32,000 bases of DNA. Origin: Ruminococcus albus 7 = DSM 20455. GTDB taxonomy: Bacteria; Bacillota; Clostridia; Oscillospirales; Ruminococcaceae. Made by a program: the position numbers and the translations under genes. Under the pieces are notes generated by a model, which worked only from the letters and a program-made list of their open reading frames with translations, had not been told where the DNA came from and ran no database searches. The number at the start of each line of letters is the position of its first letter. The first letter of the stretch is position 1. The stretch lies in NCBI RefSeq assembly GCF_000179635.2, contig NC_014833.1:900001-932000 (forward strand). The letters run 5' to 3'. Shown piece after piece: positions 1-8,749 of the stretch.

Positions 1-633
1 ATCATCTGCGATAAGTCTTCCGTCCTCCAGTACAAAACAATGCTCGAACAATCCTGCACATTCATCGATAATATGTGTGGAAATAACGAATGCAGCTTCG
101 GTCTTTTCAAAGCGTTCGATGATCTGCTTATATAGTTTTTCGCGGCAGTTGGCATCAACTCCAAGGACAGGTTCATCAAGGAAGATGAAATCAGCTCCGC
201 TGGATAGTGCCAGTATCACCTTAGCGAGAGTATGCTGACCTGTCGAAAGCTGAGAAAGACGTCTTTTCGTATCAATGCCAAAAATATCACAGAGTTTCAG
301 TGCATAGTCTTCATCGGTATCCTTATAAAAATACTTCTGCGCCTTAATGGTGTCTTTCACTTTCATGTGCTTGGGAAGAAGATCCTCGGCACTCATGCAA
401 TATATGTGACGAAGCAGCTTATCGTTCTCGGTGACTGTTTCGCCGTCAAGTGTGATCTCACCCGAATCAGGGAAAATACGTCCGCCTACCAGGTCAACAA
501 GTGTTGATTTTCCCGAACCGTTTCGTCCTAAAAGCCCGTAGATCATACCCTTTTCGATACTTAGCGAAACACCGTCAAGAGCGGTCTTTTTATTATATCT
601 TTTTGTAAGTGTCTTTATCTCTATCCTGCTCAT
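1..633 (-). CDS. ABC transporter ATP-binding protein (partial, C-terminus beyond left edge)
   Basis: Reverse translation from ATG at 633-631 gives MSRIEIKTLTKRYNKKTALDG. It continues with GLLGRNGSGKST (Walker A), LSTGQ (signature) and FIFLDEP (Walker B). The start overlaps the stop of the upstream GntR gene (TGATG). Confidence 0.9.
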   Translation of the reverse strand, partial: MSRIEIKTLTKRYNKKTALDGVSLSIEKGMIYGLLGRNGSGKSTLVDLVGGRIFPDSGEITLDGETVTENDKLLRHIYCMSAEDLLPKHMKVKDTIKAQKYFYKDTDEDYALKLCDIFGIDTKRRLSQLSTGQHTLAKVILALSSGADFIFLDEPVLGVDANCREKLYKQIIERFEKTEAAFVISTHIIDECAGLFEHCFVLEDGRLIADD

Positions 634-1007
634 CAGTCCTCATCTCCTTTCAGCATACCGATGATATCTTCGCGGGTAAGTCCCAGTCTGTCCGCTTCGT
701 TCAGCAGTGGAGCTACAAAATCATCATAAAATTTGACTCGTCTGTCATCTCTTACATTTTCATTTGCATTTTCAGCTACGAACATACCCATACCTCTCTT
801 TTTATATACCAGTCCTTTTTCCACAAGAATGTTGACACCTTTACGTACTGTTGCAGGGTTGATCTTCAAACTGTGGGAAAGCTCTGTGGTACTGGGTATC
901 TGCTCGCCCTCGCCCAGCTGACCTGTGACTATCTTGTTTTCAAGCCACTGGGCTATCTGTATAAACAGCGGTTCGATATCGTTGAAATGCGGATAATTTA
1001 CGCTCAT
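633..1007 (-). CDS. GntR-family transcriptional regulator, short YtrA-like subfamily
   Basis: 124-aa ORF with a GntR winged HTH (IPSTTELSHSLKINPATVRKGVNILVEKGLVYKKRGMGMFV) and a short C-terminal tail. It is translationally coupled to an ABC ATPase, the arrangement seen in ytrA-type operons. RBS AAAGGAG lies upstream. Confidence 0.9.
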   Translation of the reverse strand: MSVNYPHFNDIEPLFIQIAQWLENKIVTGQLGEGEQIPSTTELSHSLKINPATVRKGVNILVEKGLVYKKRGMGMFVAENANENVRDDRRVKFYDDFVAPLLNEADRLGLTREDIIGMLKGDED

Positions 1008-1092
1008 ACCGTTCAGTTCTCCTTTCTTTGATCTCTACACATATGTTATTTTATTTTCCGCGAATAGCTATTCAGAAGTACATCACATGGCT

Positions 1093-1142
1093 GGTTGGTT
1101 ACTTCTGTAACTAACCATATCACATAAAGTATTATTTGTCAA
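1093..1142 (-). promoter_or_regulatory. Promoter of the GntR-ABC operon with an overlapping operator-like inverted repeat
   Basis: On the minus strand: TTGACA (1142-1137), 17-nt spacer, TATGGT (1119-1114). The inverted repeat GGTTGGTTAC-ttct-GTAACTAACC (1093-1116, 9/10 arm match) overlaps the -10. Confidence 0.6.
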
Positions 1143-1281
1143 TAGGGCCATAATATTTTTGGCAAAGTTGAATAAGATCAAATCTATATTTTTAGCAGAG
1201 CTAAACAAACTCGGTAATGAACATACTGATTTACGGATCAATAAAATGAGTCGATCCCGATGGCTCAGACATAAAAAGCGA

Positions 1282-1326
1282 CTGTTGCAGCCCTAACAAA
1301 GAAAAAGAGCCTGGCACAGACCTGAA
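1282..1326. repeat. Copy A of a ~46-bp repeat, inverted relative to 13027-13072
   Basis: ctgttgcagccctaacaaagaaaaagagcctggcacagacctgaa equals the reverse complement of 13027-13072, apart from about one mismatch and one 1-nt indel. Confidence 0.85.
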
Positions 1327-1349
1327 AGGTAGTGCCAGCTCTTCTTTTT
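1307..1349. terminator. Hairpin with flanking A/T runs (possible bidirectional terminator)
   Basis: Stem GAGCCTGGCAC (1307-1317) pairs with GTGCCAGCTC (1332-1341). It is followed by TTCTTTTT and preceded by AAAGAAAAA. Confidence 0.5.
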
Positions 1350-1519
1350 GTGGTATAATATAATTGCAAAAAACCATTAAACCACCGAAAGGATTGTACC
1401 ACAAAAATGAGAAATTGTCTAGTGCGTCTTAACATGAATTATGAGATCTAAGATCTCAGAAAACCGACTTGGAATTTCTCTTTTTGAACTGAAAACGGCA
1501 TAAAAACCAGCAGAAAATA

Positions 1520-1560
1520 ACACCCCCGAGTCCTCTTTTTTGAAGAGGGCTTGGGGGTGT
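1520..1560 (-). terminator. Rho-independent terminator downstream of the flavodoxin-like gene
   Basis: Long GC-rich hairpin ACACCCCCGAGTCCTCTT/AAGAGGGCTTGGGGGTGT. On the minus strand it is followed by TATTTTCT. Confidence 0.7.
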
Positions 1561-1673
1561 GCGCACTGAAACAGCTTATTTCACCAGTTAATATGTTTTT
1601 TTACTCTGATGTTCGGATATGGTTAGAGGGTGCTGCGGTTGCAACAGCCTCGATTTTTATCTTCATTTTCATA

Positions 1674-2402
1674 TCAGAATCCCAAACCGTCAAGCCAGTC
1701 ACGGACAGACTGTTGTGTATCAGAGCTGAACTCCTGCGCAGTCTTGCCCTGTATATCCATACCGTCGAGCACCTGTGCATTCGGCAGATAGCTTCTGATC
1801 GCAGAGTATGTTCCCGATTCACCGCTGCCTTCGTGGGTGTTGAACGGGATAACCACCTTGTCGGAGAAATCGTAGCTGTCCATAAAGGTATAGACCGCCA
1901 TCGGCATATCGCCCCACCATATCGGGTAGCCGAGGGAAACAATATCATACTGCTCCATATTCTCAACACCGCCCTGAATTTCAGGACGGGCTTTGTCGGC
2001 AAGCTCCTGCTTTGCCACATCACAGCATTCGTCATAGTCCGCGGGATAAGGCGTAACAGTTTCGATATGAAAGCTGTCCGCACCGACTTCATCTGCAATA
2101 TACTCTGCAACTATCTGTGTGTTGCCCTTATCTATCGTGCCGACATTGTAATTCTCGTCCGCGCGTGAGAAGTACGCAACAAGGATATTCGTGCCGTCAC
2201 TGTCTGTCGGAGTTTCTGCATCAGCCTGAGTTGTAACAGTGCTGTCATCGGACTTACTGTCCTGCTTGTTCAGCTTTTCCTTAACGGCCGCCTTGTCTGT
2301 TTCAGCTACGCTCGGTGCAGAGACAGGCTCACCGCTTCCGCAGACAGTCATGGTCAGAGCCATGAACAGTGCAGATACAATAACAGCTATCTTATGATTC
2401 AT
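1674..2402 (-). CDS. Exported flavodoxin-like protein (signal/lipobox-like N-terminus, Ser/Thr/Asp-rich linker, flavodoxin fold)
   Basis: The ATG at 2402 has GAGGAG 8 nt upstream; the track start at 2411 is a GTG abutting that RBS. The N-terminus is MNHKIAVIVSALFMALTMTVCGSG, followed by a low-complexity linker. The domain ILVAYFSRADENYNVG...GYPIWWGDMPMAVYTF...FNTHEGSG is paralogous to the 4525-5031 product. Confidence 0.85.
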   Translation of the reverse strand: MNHKIAVIVSALFMALTMTVCGSGEPVSAPSVAETDKAAVKEKLNKQDSKSDDSTVTTQADAETPTDSDGTNILVAYFSRADENYNVGTIDKGNTQIVAEYIADEVGADSFHIETVTPYPADYDECCDVAKQELADKARPEIQGGVENMEQYDIVSLGYPIWWGDMPMAVYTFMDSYDFSDKVVIPFNTHEGSGESGTYSAIRSYLPNAQVLDGMDIQGKTAQEFSSDTQQSVRDWLDGLGF

Positions 2403-2414
2403 ACATATCACTCC

Positions 2415-2999
2415 TCAGTCTTTCATCTGCTCAGGATCAAGCATCTTGATGACCTTAGCCGGAACACCGCCGACCACCGCATAATCGGGAACATCCTTTG
2501 TGACAACTGCTCCCGCCGCAACAACGGCGTATTTTCCGATGGTAACACCCGGGCAGATCGTACAGCCCATACCGAGCCACGCATTTTTCCCGATCGTTAC
2601 CTTGCCGTAGGTGTATGTAGTGTGGCGGTCGTACATATCGTGGTTGATCGTTGCGATGCGAAGCCCCGGCGCAGCCATAACGCCGTCCTCAAACTCGATA
2701 CCGCCCGATGCGGAAAGAATAGCCGAATGATTGATAAATACGCCCTTTCCGAACTTCACACGGTTTCCGAAATCGCAGGTGAAGGGTGTGAGTATCCTGA
2801 CATCATCGAGCTTGCGCCCGAACAACTCCTCAAGATAGCCCACATATGACGGATCATCGGGAAGTACCGCATTTGCCTTTGCACACAGCGTTCTTGCTCT
2901 CATCATTTCATCAACCGCTTCTTTGAAATAAGGCTCGGTCACTTTTGTCGGACCTCCTTTATCCATCAGGTCATATACATAGCCGTTTTTGTATTCCAT
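2415..2999 (-). CDS. Hexapeptide-repeat sugar O-acetyltransferase (maltose/galactoside acetyltransferase family)
   Basis: Start is the ATG at 2999 with AGGAG 8 nt upstream. The longer track ORF to 3104 overlaps the TetR gene and has no RBS. Left-handed beta-helix repeats are present ([36 protein letters not shown]), with a Mac-like N-terminal helix region. Confidence 0.85.
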   Translation of the reverse strand: MEYKNGYVYDLMDKGGPTKVTEPYFKEAVDEMMRARTLCAKANAVLPDDPSYVGYLEELFGRKLDDVRILTPFTCDFGNRVKFGKGVFINHSAILSASGGIEFEDGVMAAPGLRIATINHDMYDRHTTYTYGKVTIGKNAWLGMGCTICPGVTIGKYAVVAAGAVVTKDVPDYAVVGGVPAKVIKMLDPEQMKD

Positions 3000-3010
3000 A
3001 TTTCTTGCTC

Positions 3011-3586
3011 CTATCTGAAAAATTCTCTTACTCCACCAAGCACAAGCCTGTTTGTGATCCGGGTGATCTCCTCCACAGACTGCTGCTTGCCTTCCTCGAT
3101 CCACTGCCTGTAAATGCCGAGAACAGCGTTATTGACGAAGTTCATAAGCATGGTCTGCTGATATTCCGGCAGTGAACCGTATTTCTTTGAACTGCTCCAG
3201 CCTGCGGTGGTGACCTTTTTTATCATACCGCTGCGGATATAGTGGTAAGACTCATTGCCCGCACAGGTGATCTTCTCATAGGCAAGCCCCTTTTCTTCCG
3301 AAAAAAGAAAGAATTCGCGGTTCACCTTGTCAAGCTCATCAGGCAGCTTGTAGTCCTTGATGCGCTCGATATATTCCGCAGAATACTCCGTCTGTATCTC
3401 CGCAAGCAGATCGTCAAGGGTAGGATAGTAGACGTAGAATGTCTTTTTATTTATCATGGCGCGGTTGCAAAGCTCCGTAACCCTGATCTTGCCGTAATCC
3501 ATTTCGCATATCATCTGCTCAAATACGCTCTTGATCGAATCTATCGTCCTGCGTACTCTTAAATCTTCACTGCCTGTAAGTATCAT
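3011..3586 (-). CDS. TetR/AcrR-family transcriptional regulator
   Basis: 191 aa. N-terminal HTH: [52 protein letters not shown] lies 6 nt upstream of the ATG. Confidence 0.9.
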   Translation of the reverse strand: MILTGSEDLRVRRTIDSIKSVFEQMICEMDYGKIRVTELCNRAMINKKTFYVYYPTLDDLLAEIQTEYSAEYIERIKDYKLPDELDKVNREFFLFSEEKGLAYEKITCAGNESYHYIRSGMIKKVTTAGWSSSKKYGSLPEYQQTMLMNFVNNAVLGIYRQWIEEGKQQSVEEITRITNRLVLGGVREFFR

Positions 3587-3604
3587 AATAGTCCTCCTGA
3601 TATT

Positions 3605-3657
3605 CTATGGTAAAGTAACTGTGGTTACATTATACCATAGAGTGTATTATTTTTCAA
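3605..3657 (-). promoter_or_regulatory. TetR-gene promoter with an overlapping nested palindrome (operator candidate)
   Basis: On the minus strand: TTGAAA (3657-3652), 17 nt, then TGGTATAAT extended -10 (3637-3629). The palindrome has outer arms CTATGGTA/TACCATAG (3605-3612 and 3633-3640) and core GTAAC-tgtg-GTTAC (3615-3628), and it overlaps the -10. Confidence 0.65.
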
Positions 3658-3660
3658 GTA

Positions 3661-4512
3661 TCAGTCAGCAGGGTGCCATGCTCCGAGACTTGCTTCCTGC
3701 TCAGCAAGCGTCATATTGAAGAAACGCTTTCCGCAGTCCAGTGCTCTTATCTCAGCCATTTCATCTGCGGTCAGCTCAAAGTCGAAAATCTCAAAGTTTT
3801 CCTTCATGTGCTGAGGATTTGTGGTTCTCGGGAATACGATCGTTCCTTCCTGGATGTGCCAGCGTAAGATTATCTGCACGTTGCTCTTGTCGTATTTTTG
3901 AGCGAGTTTCGTGAATACTGCTTCACCTATAAGCCCCTTGTCACCGTGACCGATGGGATACCAGCTCTCGATGACTGTGCCGTACTTTTCGATACGCTTT
4001 TTTAGCTCATTCTGCTGATAGTAAGGGTGGCACTCCACTTGCAGAACAGACGGCTTGATCGTTGCAGCTTCACACAGTTCCTCAAGGCGTTCACTTTCAA
4101 AATTGCTGATTCCGATAGACTTCACCTTGCCTGCTTTCACAGCCTTCTCCATGTCCTTCCATGCACCGAGATAATCACCGAACTGCTGATGCAGGAGAAG
4201 AAGGTCAATGTAGTCAGTTCCGAGTCTTTCAAGCATCTTGTCGATAGCTTCAGCGGTCTTGCCCTCGCCGTACTCGTGCGGCCAGAGCTTTGTGGTTATC
4301 CACACTTCTTCACGTGGAACACCGCTGTCCTTTACAGCCTTTCCGACACTTCTCTCGTTCTGATAAGCGTGGGCCGTGTCGATGTGGCGCACACCCATTT
4401 TCAGTGCATCAAGCACTGCGTTATATGTTGCTTCACCCTCCGGGACCTGATAAACGCCAAGTCCGAACTGGGGGATCTTTGTACCGTCATTCAAAGTGAT
4501 GTAAGTCTGCAT
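3661..4512 (-). CDS. Aldo/keto reductase (YtbE/DkgA-like)
   Basis: 283 aa with typical AKR motifs (IDTAHAYQNE, GISNF, LQVECHPY, IVFPRTTNP). RBS GAGGAGG lies 7 nt upstream. Confidence 0.92.
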   Translation of the reverse strand: MQTYITLNDGTKIPQFGLGVYQVPEGEATYNAVLDALKMGVRHIDTAHAYQNERSVGKAVKDSGVPREEVWITTKLWPHEYGEGKTAEAIDKMLERLGTDYIDLLLLHQQFGDYLGAWKDMEKAVKAGKVKSIGISNFESERLEELCEAATIKPSVLQVECHPYYQQNELKKRIEKYGTVIESWYPIGHGDKGLIGEAVFTKLAQKYDKSNVQIILRWHIQEGTIVFPRTTNPQHMKENFEIFDFELTADEMAEIRALDCGKRFFNMTLAEQEASLGAWHPAD

Positions 4513-4524
4513 AGTAATACCTCC

Positions 4525-5031
4525 TCAGATAAGTCCGTTATTTTTCAGCCACTTTTCGATCATGGGCTTTGCATTTTTAACTCCGCTTCCGGAAAGGGAA
4601 AGTCCCTCACCGACATTTGCGTACTTCTTTATATCAGAAACGCTCTTTCCGAGTCCGCTGCCCTCGTTGGTGCAAAGCGGATAGATCGTTTTGCCCGAAA
4701 GATCAGCGCTTTCAAGGAACGTGAACACCGCCATCGGAGCAGTTCCCCAGTAGTTCGGATAGGCAAGAATGATGTTATCATAACCTGAAATATCGGGTAT
4801 ATCTTTTAGTTCGGGACGTGCATTTCCTCTGAGATGCGCCTTTGCTTCGTCAATACAGGTCATGTAGTCTGCGGAATATGGCTGCACCATTTCAAGCTTG
4901 AAGCTGTCAAAGCCTGTCAGTTCTGTGATATGTCCGACTGCGATCTCGGTGTTGCCGACCTCCACATACTTCATCGAACCGCCGAAATAGTTCTCATCGG
5001 CTCTTGAAAAGAAAATAACGATAGTGTTCAT
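4525..5031 (-). CDS. Cytoplasmic flavodoxin-like protein (same family as 1674-2402)
   Basis: 168 aa, with IVIFFSRADENYFGG, AYPNYWGTAPMAVFTF and CTNEGSG. There is no signal sequence. Confidence 0.88.
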   Translation of the reverse strand: MNTIVIFFSRADENYFGGSMKYVEVGNTEIAVGHITELTGFDSFKLEMVQPYSADYMTCIDEAKAHLRGNARPELKDIPDISGYDNIILAYPNYWGTAPMAVFTFLESADLSGKTIYPLCTNEGSGLGKSVSDIKKYANVGEGLSLSGSGVKNAKPMIEKWLKNNGLI

Positions 5032-5054
5032 AGTAGTTCCTGCTTGCGTTTTAG

Positions 5055-5140
5055 GTAACTGTCGTTCCGTTAATTCTATTTTAGCAGATAATTCCTAAAA
5101 TTACAACGGGCAGTTTCTTATGAGTGGTTACTTAGGTAAC
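5055..5140 (-). promoter_or_regulatory. Promoter of the flavodoxin-AKR operon flanked by two operator-like sites
   Basis: On the minus strand: TTGTAA (5106-5101), 17 nt, TAAAAT (5083-5078). GTAAC-tgtc-GTTCC (5055-5068) lies just downstream of the -10. Palindrome GTTAC-ttag-GTAAC (5127-5140) lies upstream of the -35, with another GGTTAC at 5155-5160. Confidence 0.55.
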
Positions 5141-5167
5141 GATTTCTGTAAAATGGTTACTTATCTT

Positions 5168-5207
5168 GAAAAAAACAAGAGCTGTTGCGTAAAGCAACAG
5201 CCCCTTG
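5168..5207 (-). terminator. Rho-independent terminator of the EamA gene
   Basis: Stem CAAGAGCTGTTGC/GCAACAGCCCCTTG. A T7 run follows on the minus strand (plus-strand AAAAAAA at 5169-5175). Confidence 0.85.
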
Positions 5208-5247
5208 TTTGAAACTTTTACTCCGGTAGTATCGGGTTCAAAGTCCA

Positions 5248-6123
5248 CTATTCCTGTATTAAAGTATCCGACACAACAAATGCGGTGCCTGCTATCATCA
5301 CAGCCAGAGCGATCAAATACACAATGGTAAGGCTTTCGTGAAGAAGAATAAACGATAGAAAAGCTCCTATGAACGGTGACAATGCGTAATATGCACTTGT
5401 TTTTGCAGCGCCGAGTGTCTTCTGTGCTCTTATATAGGTGAAGATGCTTAGTCCGTATGCAACAAAGCCCAGCACCACCGCAGGAAGGATATATTTTATT
5501 TCGGGCAGCTTTTCACCGATGATGATCGCAACGATCAGCGAACCTGTTCCCGAACCGAAGCCTTTTATAGTTACGATCTGATAGGTGCTTTTATCCGAAA
5601 TGCTCCTTGTACAGTTGTTTTCAAGTCCCCAGCAAGCAGTTGCTCCGAGAACAAGCAGAGAGCCGACAGAGAATGTAAAACTGTCCTCACCACCAAGAGA
5701 AAGAATGATGCTCGACAGCGTGATAAGACCGATTGCCGCCCACAGCCTTCTGATGACCTTCTCTTTGAAGATAAACAGGGCTATGAGCGTTGTCGCAACG
5801 ATCTCAAAGTTTCCGAGCAGTGAAGCATTTGCGGAAGTACCGAGCTTCACACCGAGCATAAGAAGTATCGGTGCTATGATGTCAAGCAGAACCATTCCCA
5901 CTGTATATGGCATATCCTTCTTTTCAAGACGTTCTGTCTGCGCTTCGTGTTTGTGATGAAACAGGTACATGATGCCGACACCTGCCCCTGCACCAAGATA
6001 GAGGAACGCTGCCATGTATGTAGGAGCTATCCTTTCAAGCAGAAGCTTTGAGCATGGAACATTCAAAGCATAGAACACCGCCGCCGCTATTGCATAGAAT
6101 ACGGCTTTTAATTTTCCGGTCAC
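5248..6123 (-). CDS. EamA/DMT-family transporter
   Basis: About ten hydrophobic segments in two EamA-like halves. The likely start is GTG at 6123 with AAGGAGG 6 nt upstream. The track's TTG at 6141 sits upstream of that RBS. Confidence 0.88.
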   Translation of the reverse strand: MTGKLKAVFYAIAAAVFYALNVPCSKLLLERIAPTYMAAFLYLGAGAGVGIMYLFHHKHEAQTERLEKKDMPYTVGMVLLDIIAPILLMLGVKLGTSANASLLGNFEIVATTLIALFIFKEKVIRRLWAAIGLITLSSIILSLGGEDSFTFSVGSLLVLGATACWGLENNCTRSISDKSTYQIVTIKGFGSGTGSLIVAIIIGEKLPEIKYILPAVVLGFVAYGLSIFTYIRAQKTLGAAKTSAYYALSPFIGAFLSFILLHESLTIVYLIALAVMIAGTAFVVSDTLIQE

Positions 6124-6175
6124 GCTTATCCTCCTTGACAAACCGTCGATGCTATGATATGATATATTCGATAAT

Positions 6176-6188
6176 GAACATTATGTTC
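6176..6188. promoter_or_regulatory. Perfect palindrome in the EamA/TetR divergent region (TetR operator candidate)
   Basis: GAACAT-T-ATGTTC lies between the divergently transcribed transporter and TetR genes. Confidence 0.45.
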
Positions 6189-6290
6189 TGTAATTATGAT
6201 AACACATCATATCTGCATTTTCAATAATCGATTTTGACGGTTTGTACGTTACCGAACAAAAACGAGATATTGTACGGAAAGGAGCATATC

Positions 6291-6833
6291 TTGGACAGAC
6301 GGCAGCGCAGGACACGAAGCCTGATATTCAAGGCTTTCTCAGCTTTGCTGGAACGAAAGAGCTATTCCTCTATGACCGTTCAGGACATCATAGATGAAGC
6401 CGACATCGGCAGAAGCACATTCTATGCCCATTTTGAAACAAAGGACGAGCTGCTGAAAGCTCTGTGTACGGATATATTCGAGCACGTTTTTTCAGAGGAG
6501 ATCATGTCGGAGGAGCATCACGACTTTTCTATGCACTCCACTTTCAAAGACAGGCTCACGCACATACTGTATCACTTGCAGGAAAAGCAGCAGAGCATCA
6601 AAGGGCTTTTCTCCGGTGAGTGCGGCGAAGTGTTTCTGAGATACCTGAAAGAATATCTCTATCTGGTTTTTGATAAACATATCGTCGTAAATAAATGTAT
6701 CCCCCATGACTATGCAATGGATATAGCTGTCGGCAGCTTTGCTGATACGATCCGCTGGTGGCTGAAAGGCCACAGCGACTATACTCCGGAGCAGATGACA
6801 GACTATTTATTTGACTGTATCAGTATACTATAA
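6291..6833 (+). CDS. TetR/AcrR-family transcriptional regulator
   Basis: HTH: RSLIFKAFSALLERKSYSSMTVQDIIDEADIGRSTFYAHFETKDELL. The likely start is TTG at 6291 with GGAAAGGAG 6 nt upstream; the track ORF opens at 6234 in the same frame. Confidence 0.88.
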   Translation: MDRRQRRTRSLIFKAFSALLERKSYSSMTVQDIIDEADIGRSTFYAHFETKDELLKALCTDIFEHVFSEEIMSEEHHDFSMHSTFKDRLTHILYHLQEKQQSIKGLFSGECGEVFLRYLKEYLYLVFDKHIVVNKCIPHDYAMDIAVGSFADTIRWWLKGHSDYTPEQMTDYLFDCISIL

Positions 6834-6840
6834 AAGCAAA

Positions 6841-6875
6841 ACCGCTGCTGCATTTGACGCAACAGCGGTTTTTTA
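6841..6875 (+). terminator. Rho-independent terminator
   Basis: Stem ACCGCTGCTGC/GCAACAGCGGT followed by TTTTTT. Confidence 0.85.
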
Positions 6876-7040
6876 AGGCAACACCGCACAACTTGCGCAG
6901 TTACCAGAAATATGCTATAAGTGACGCTATTCGGCATTAGTATCCCTTAGTGGTCATTAAGAGGTTTTTCAGGATGTTATCGATACAACAGGTTTCACGG
7001 CTATGGCAGACAAGTTCCGAAACACGCTCACGGTAAGCGA

Positions 7041-7670
7041 TCAGGCATTTTTTATATTGGTATAGTAGAACACGGCTAACTGTGTTCGGTCACGGAGAGA
7101 GAGTTTATCCAGAAGGGAACTTATATAATTGCGGACCGTTCCTTCGCTGAGGAAAAGTTCGGCGGAGATCTCCTTATTGCTTTTGCCTTCTGCTACAAGT
7201 TCGAGGATCTCCTTTTCTTTTTCGCTGATACCATATGAGTCGTAGTTGAAATCTGACTTCGGCTTCATCAACTCAGGCAGTTTTGTTACTATCTTGTCGC
7301 CGAAAACGCTTTGTCCGCCCATTACAGCTTCAAGGGCAGGAGCGATGCCTTCAAAGTCCTGTTTGAGGATGTAACCCTTTGCACCGATATTCAACGCCTT
7401 GACAATATATTCATCGTCTGAGAAAGTGGTGAGGTACAGTATCTTTGCGTCGGGAAAGTCACGGAGTATCTGTTCTCCTGCTTCAAGTCCCGTCATACCT
7501 TCCATGCGTATATCCATCAGCATAACATCGGGGCGGATGTTCTTATAAATATCAATGGCATCACTTCCGCTTGAACCCATAGCCGCAACTTTTATTTTGC
7601 CTGTGCTTTCAAGAATAGTTTTCAGCGAAAGCGCTACCAGGTTGTCATCATCAATTACTGCGATATTCAT
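7041..7670 (-). CDS. NarL/LuxR-family response regulator
   Basis: Receiver domain (DVMLMDIRMEGMTG) plus a LuxR HTH (ISEKEKEILELVAEGKSNKEISAELFLSEGTVRNYISSLLDKL). Confidence 0.93.
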   Translation of the reverse strand: MNIAVIDDDNLVALSLKTILESTGKIKVAAMGSSGSDAIDIYKNIRPDVMLMDIRMEGMTGLEAGEQILRDFPDAKILYLTTFSDDEYIVKALNIGAKGYILKQDFEGIAPALEAVMGGQSVFGDKIVTKLPELMKPKSDFNYDSYGISEKEKEILELVAEGKSNKEISAELFLSEGTVRNYISSLLDKLSLRDRTQLAVFYYTNIKNA

Positions 7671-7672
7671 AT

Positions 7673-8749
7673 TTATCTTTCCTTTCTGTCATCTTTCGGC
7701 ACTGACATAAAAATGCGGAATCCCTTATCTGAGGGAGTGAAACTTATATTTCCGTTTACGGAAGCGGCACGGTCCTCCATATTCCTCAGGCCGATGCCGC
7801 TTTCTTTTATTTTTCCGCAGCTGCCGTTATCCTCGATAAGGAGCTGATAGAATGCGGGGTGTTCACGGAGTATAACATGAAGCCTGTCGCCGTTAGAATG
7901 TTTCAGCGCATTTGATACTCCTTCCTTGACTATACCTGCAAAGCAGAATTTCAGCTTTCCGGGGATATCATTTTGTACGTCAAAGTCAAGGTCTGTACGG
8001 AATTTATCATTTGCGCTGCTGAGGCAGTCATCAAGAATTTTTTTCAGGTCAACGGATTCGTCATGCAAACCGTGTACGCTTTCACGGATGCTTGTCATAG
8101 CGCTGTCGAGGGTATCTTTAAGGCTTGATAACGGCTCTTTCATGTTCTCGTCCTTGTTGACTATCATGAGTGCACCTGCCTGAAGCAGAGAGCGTGTCAG
8201 CATATGTCCCACGTTATCGTGAATCTCTCTTGCTATCCTGTTTCGCTCGCTGATGGTAGCCATTCGTATCTCGTTATCCTGAGCCTCTGTAAGGCGCTTG
8301 TTTCGCTCGGAGAGCAGCACGTTCTGTTCTTTCACCTTGTCACGCAGCTCTGTGACTTTCTGAAGATTCTGCTCGAAGCCCGATATCCTGCGGTATATTA
8401 TAACAGCTATGAGTATCCCTGCGGCAGTTATCATGTACTGATATGGAGTCAGGCTTGCTGAAGAAGTGAGTACAAGGGAAGCAGGGAGGACAGCCCACCA
8501 TTTTTTCTCATAAAGCGCATCGTAGAGCATAAGGGGAACAGTGCAGAATACGGATGGGATGAAGCCGCACATTGCTGTGAAGATGAGAATGACAGCCACC
8601 GCTTTTTTAGTCCCGGAGAACAGCTGTACCAGTGAAGAACCTGCTGTAGCGATAAGCAGAGCCGCAACTGGAGCGGCGATATTCCCGGAAAGTCCCAGTG
8701 CCAGCAGGCAGAGAAGGAGTATCACGCTTTTGTCTATAAGTCTGCTCAT
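7673..8749 (-). CDS. Membrane histidine kinase, HisKA_3 type (YvfT/DesK/LiaS-like)
   Basis: Several N-terminal TM segments, a coiled linker, the H-box ERNRIAREIHDNVGHMLT, and an ATPase domain (NALKHS, EDNG, GIGLRNM). Confidence 0.9.
   Translation of the reverse strand: MSRLIDKSVILLLCLLALGLSGNIAAPVAALLIATAGSSLVQLFSGTKKAVAVILIFTAMCGFIPSVFCTVPLMLYDALYEKKWWAVLPASLVLTSSASLTPYQYMITAAGILIAVIIYRRISGFEQNLQKVTELRDKVKEQNVLLSERNKRLTEAQDNEIRMATISERNRIAREIHDNVGHMLTRSLLQAGALMIVNKDENMKEPLSSLKDTLDSAMTSIRESVHGLHDESVDLKKILDDCLSSANDKFRTDLDFDVQNDIPGKLKFCFAGIVKEGVSNALKHSNGDRLHVILREHPAFYQLLIEDNGSCGKIKESGIGLRNMEDRAASVNGNISFTPSDKGFRIFMSVPKDDRKER

Noticed and set aside
1345-1460. Possible orphan promoter or sRNA: TGgTATAAT at 1351-1359, 11-nt inverted repeat TTTTTGTGGTA/TACCACAAAAA (1345-1355 and 1397-1407), and palindrome GAGATCT-A-AGATCTC (1443-1457).
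   Set aside because: The -10 sits in the T-tail of a terminator hairpin and has no -35. No plus-strand terminator follows, because the 1520-1560 hairpin has its T-run only on the minus strand. The only small ORF (14 codons) has no RBS. The evidence is too weak for a feature call.
1551-2168. Long plus-strand ORFs in the track that lie antisense to well-supported genes. Examples: 1551-2168, 2394-2849, 4027-4788, 9054-9785 (minus), 13936-14664, 15648-16100 (minus), 21317-21832 (minus) and 28406-28720 (minus).
   Set aside because: Each lies entirely within a gene on the opposite strand that has clear family motifs and an RBS. Their translations are low-complexity or Cys/Arg-rich with no motifs, so they are shadow ORFs.
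2999-3104. N-terminal extensions offered by the ORF track: 2415-3104, 8889 start, 13093-14964, 16517 start, 23696 start, 26158 start and 26597 start.
   Set aside because: The extensions overlap upstream genes or lie upstream of predicted promoters, and they lack RBSs. Internal ATG or GTG codons with good Shine-Dalgarno spacing give N-termini typical of each family.
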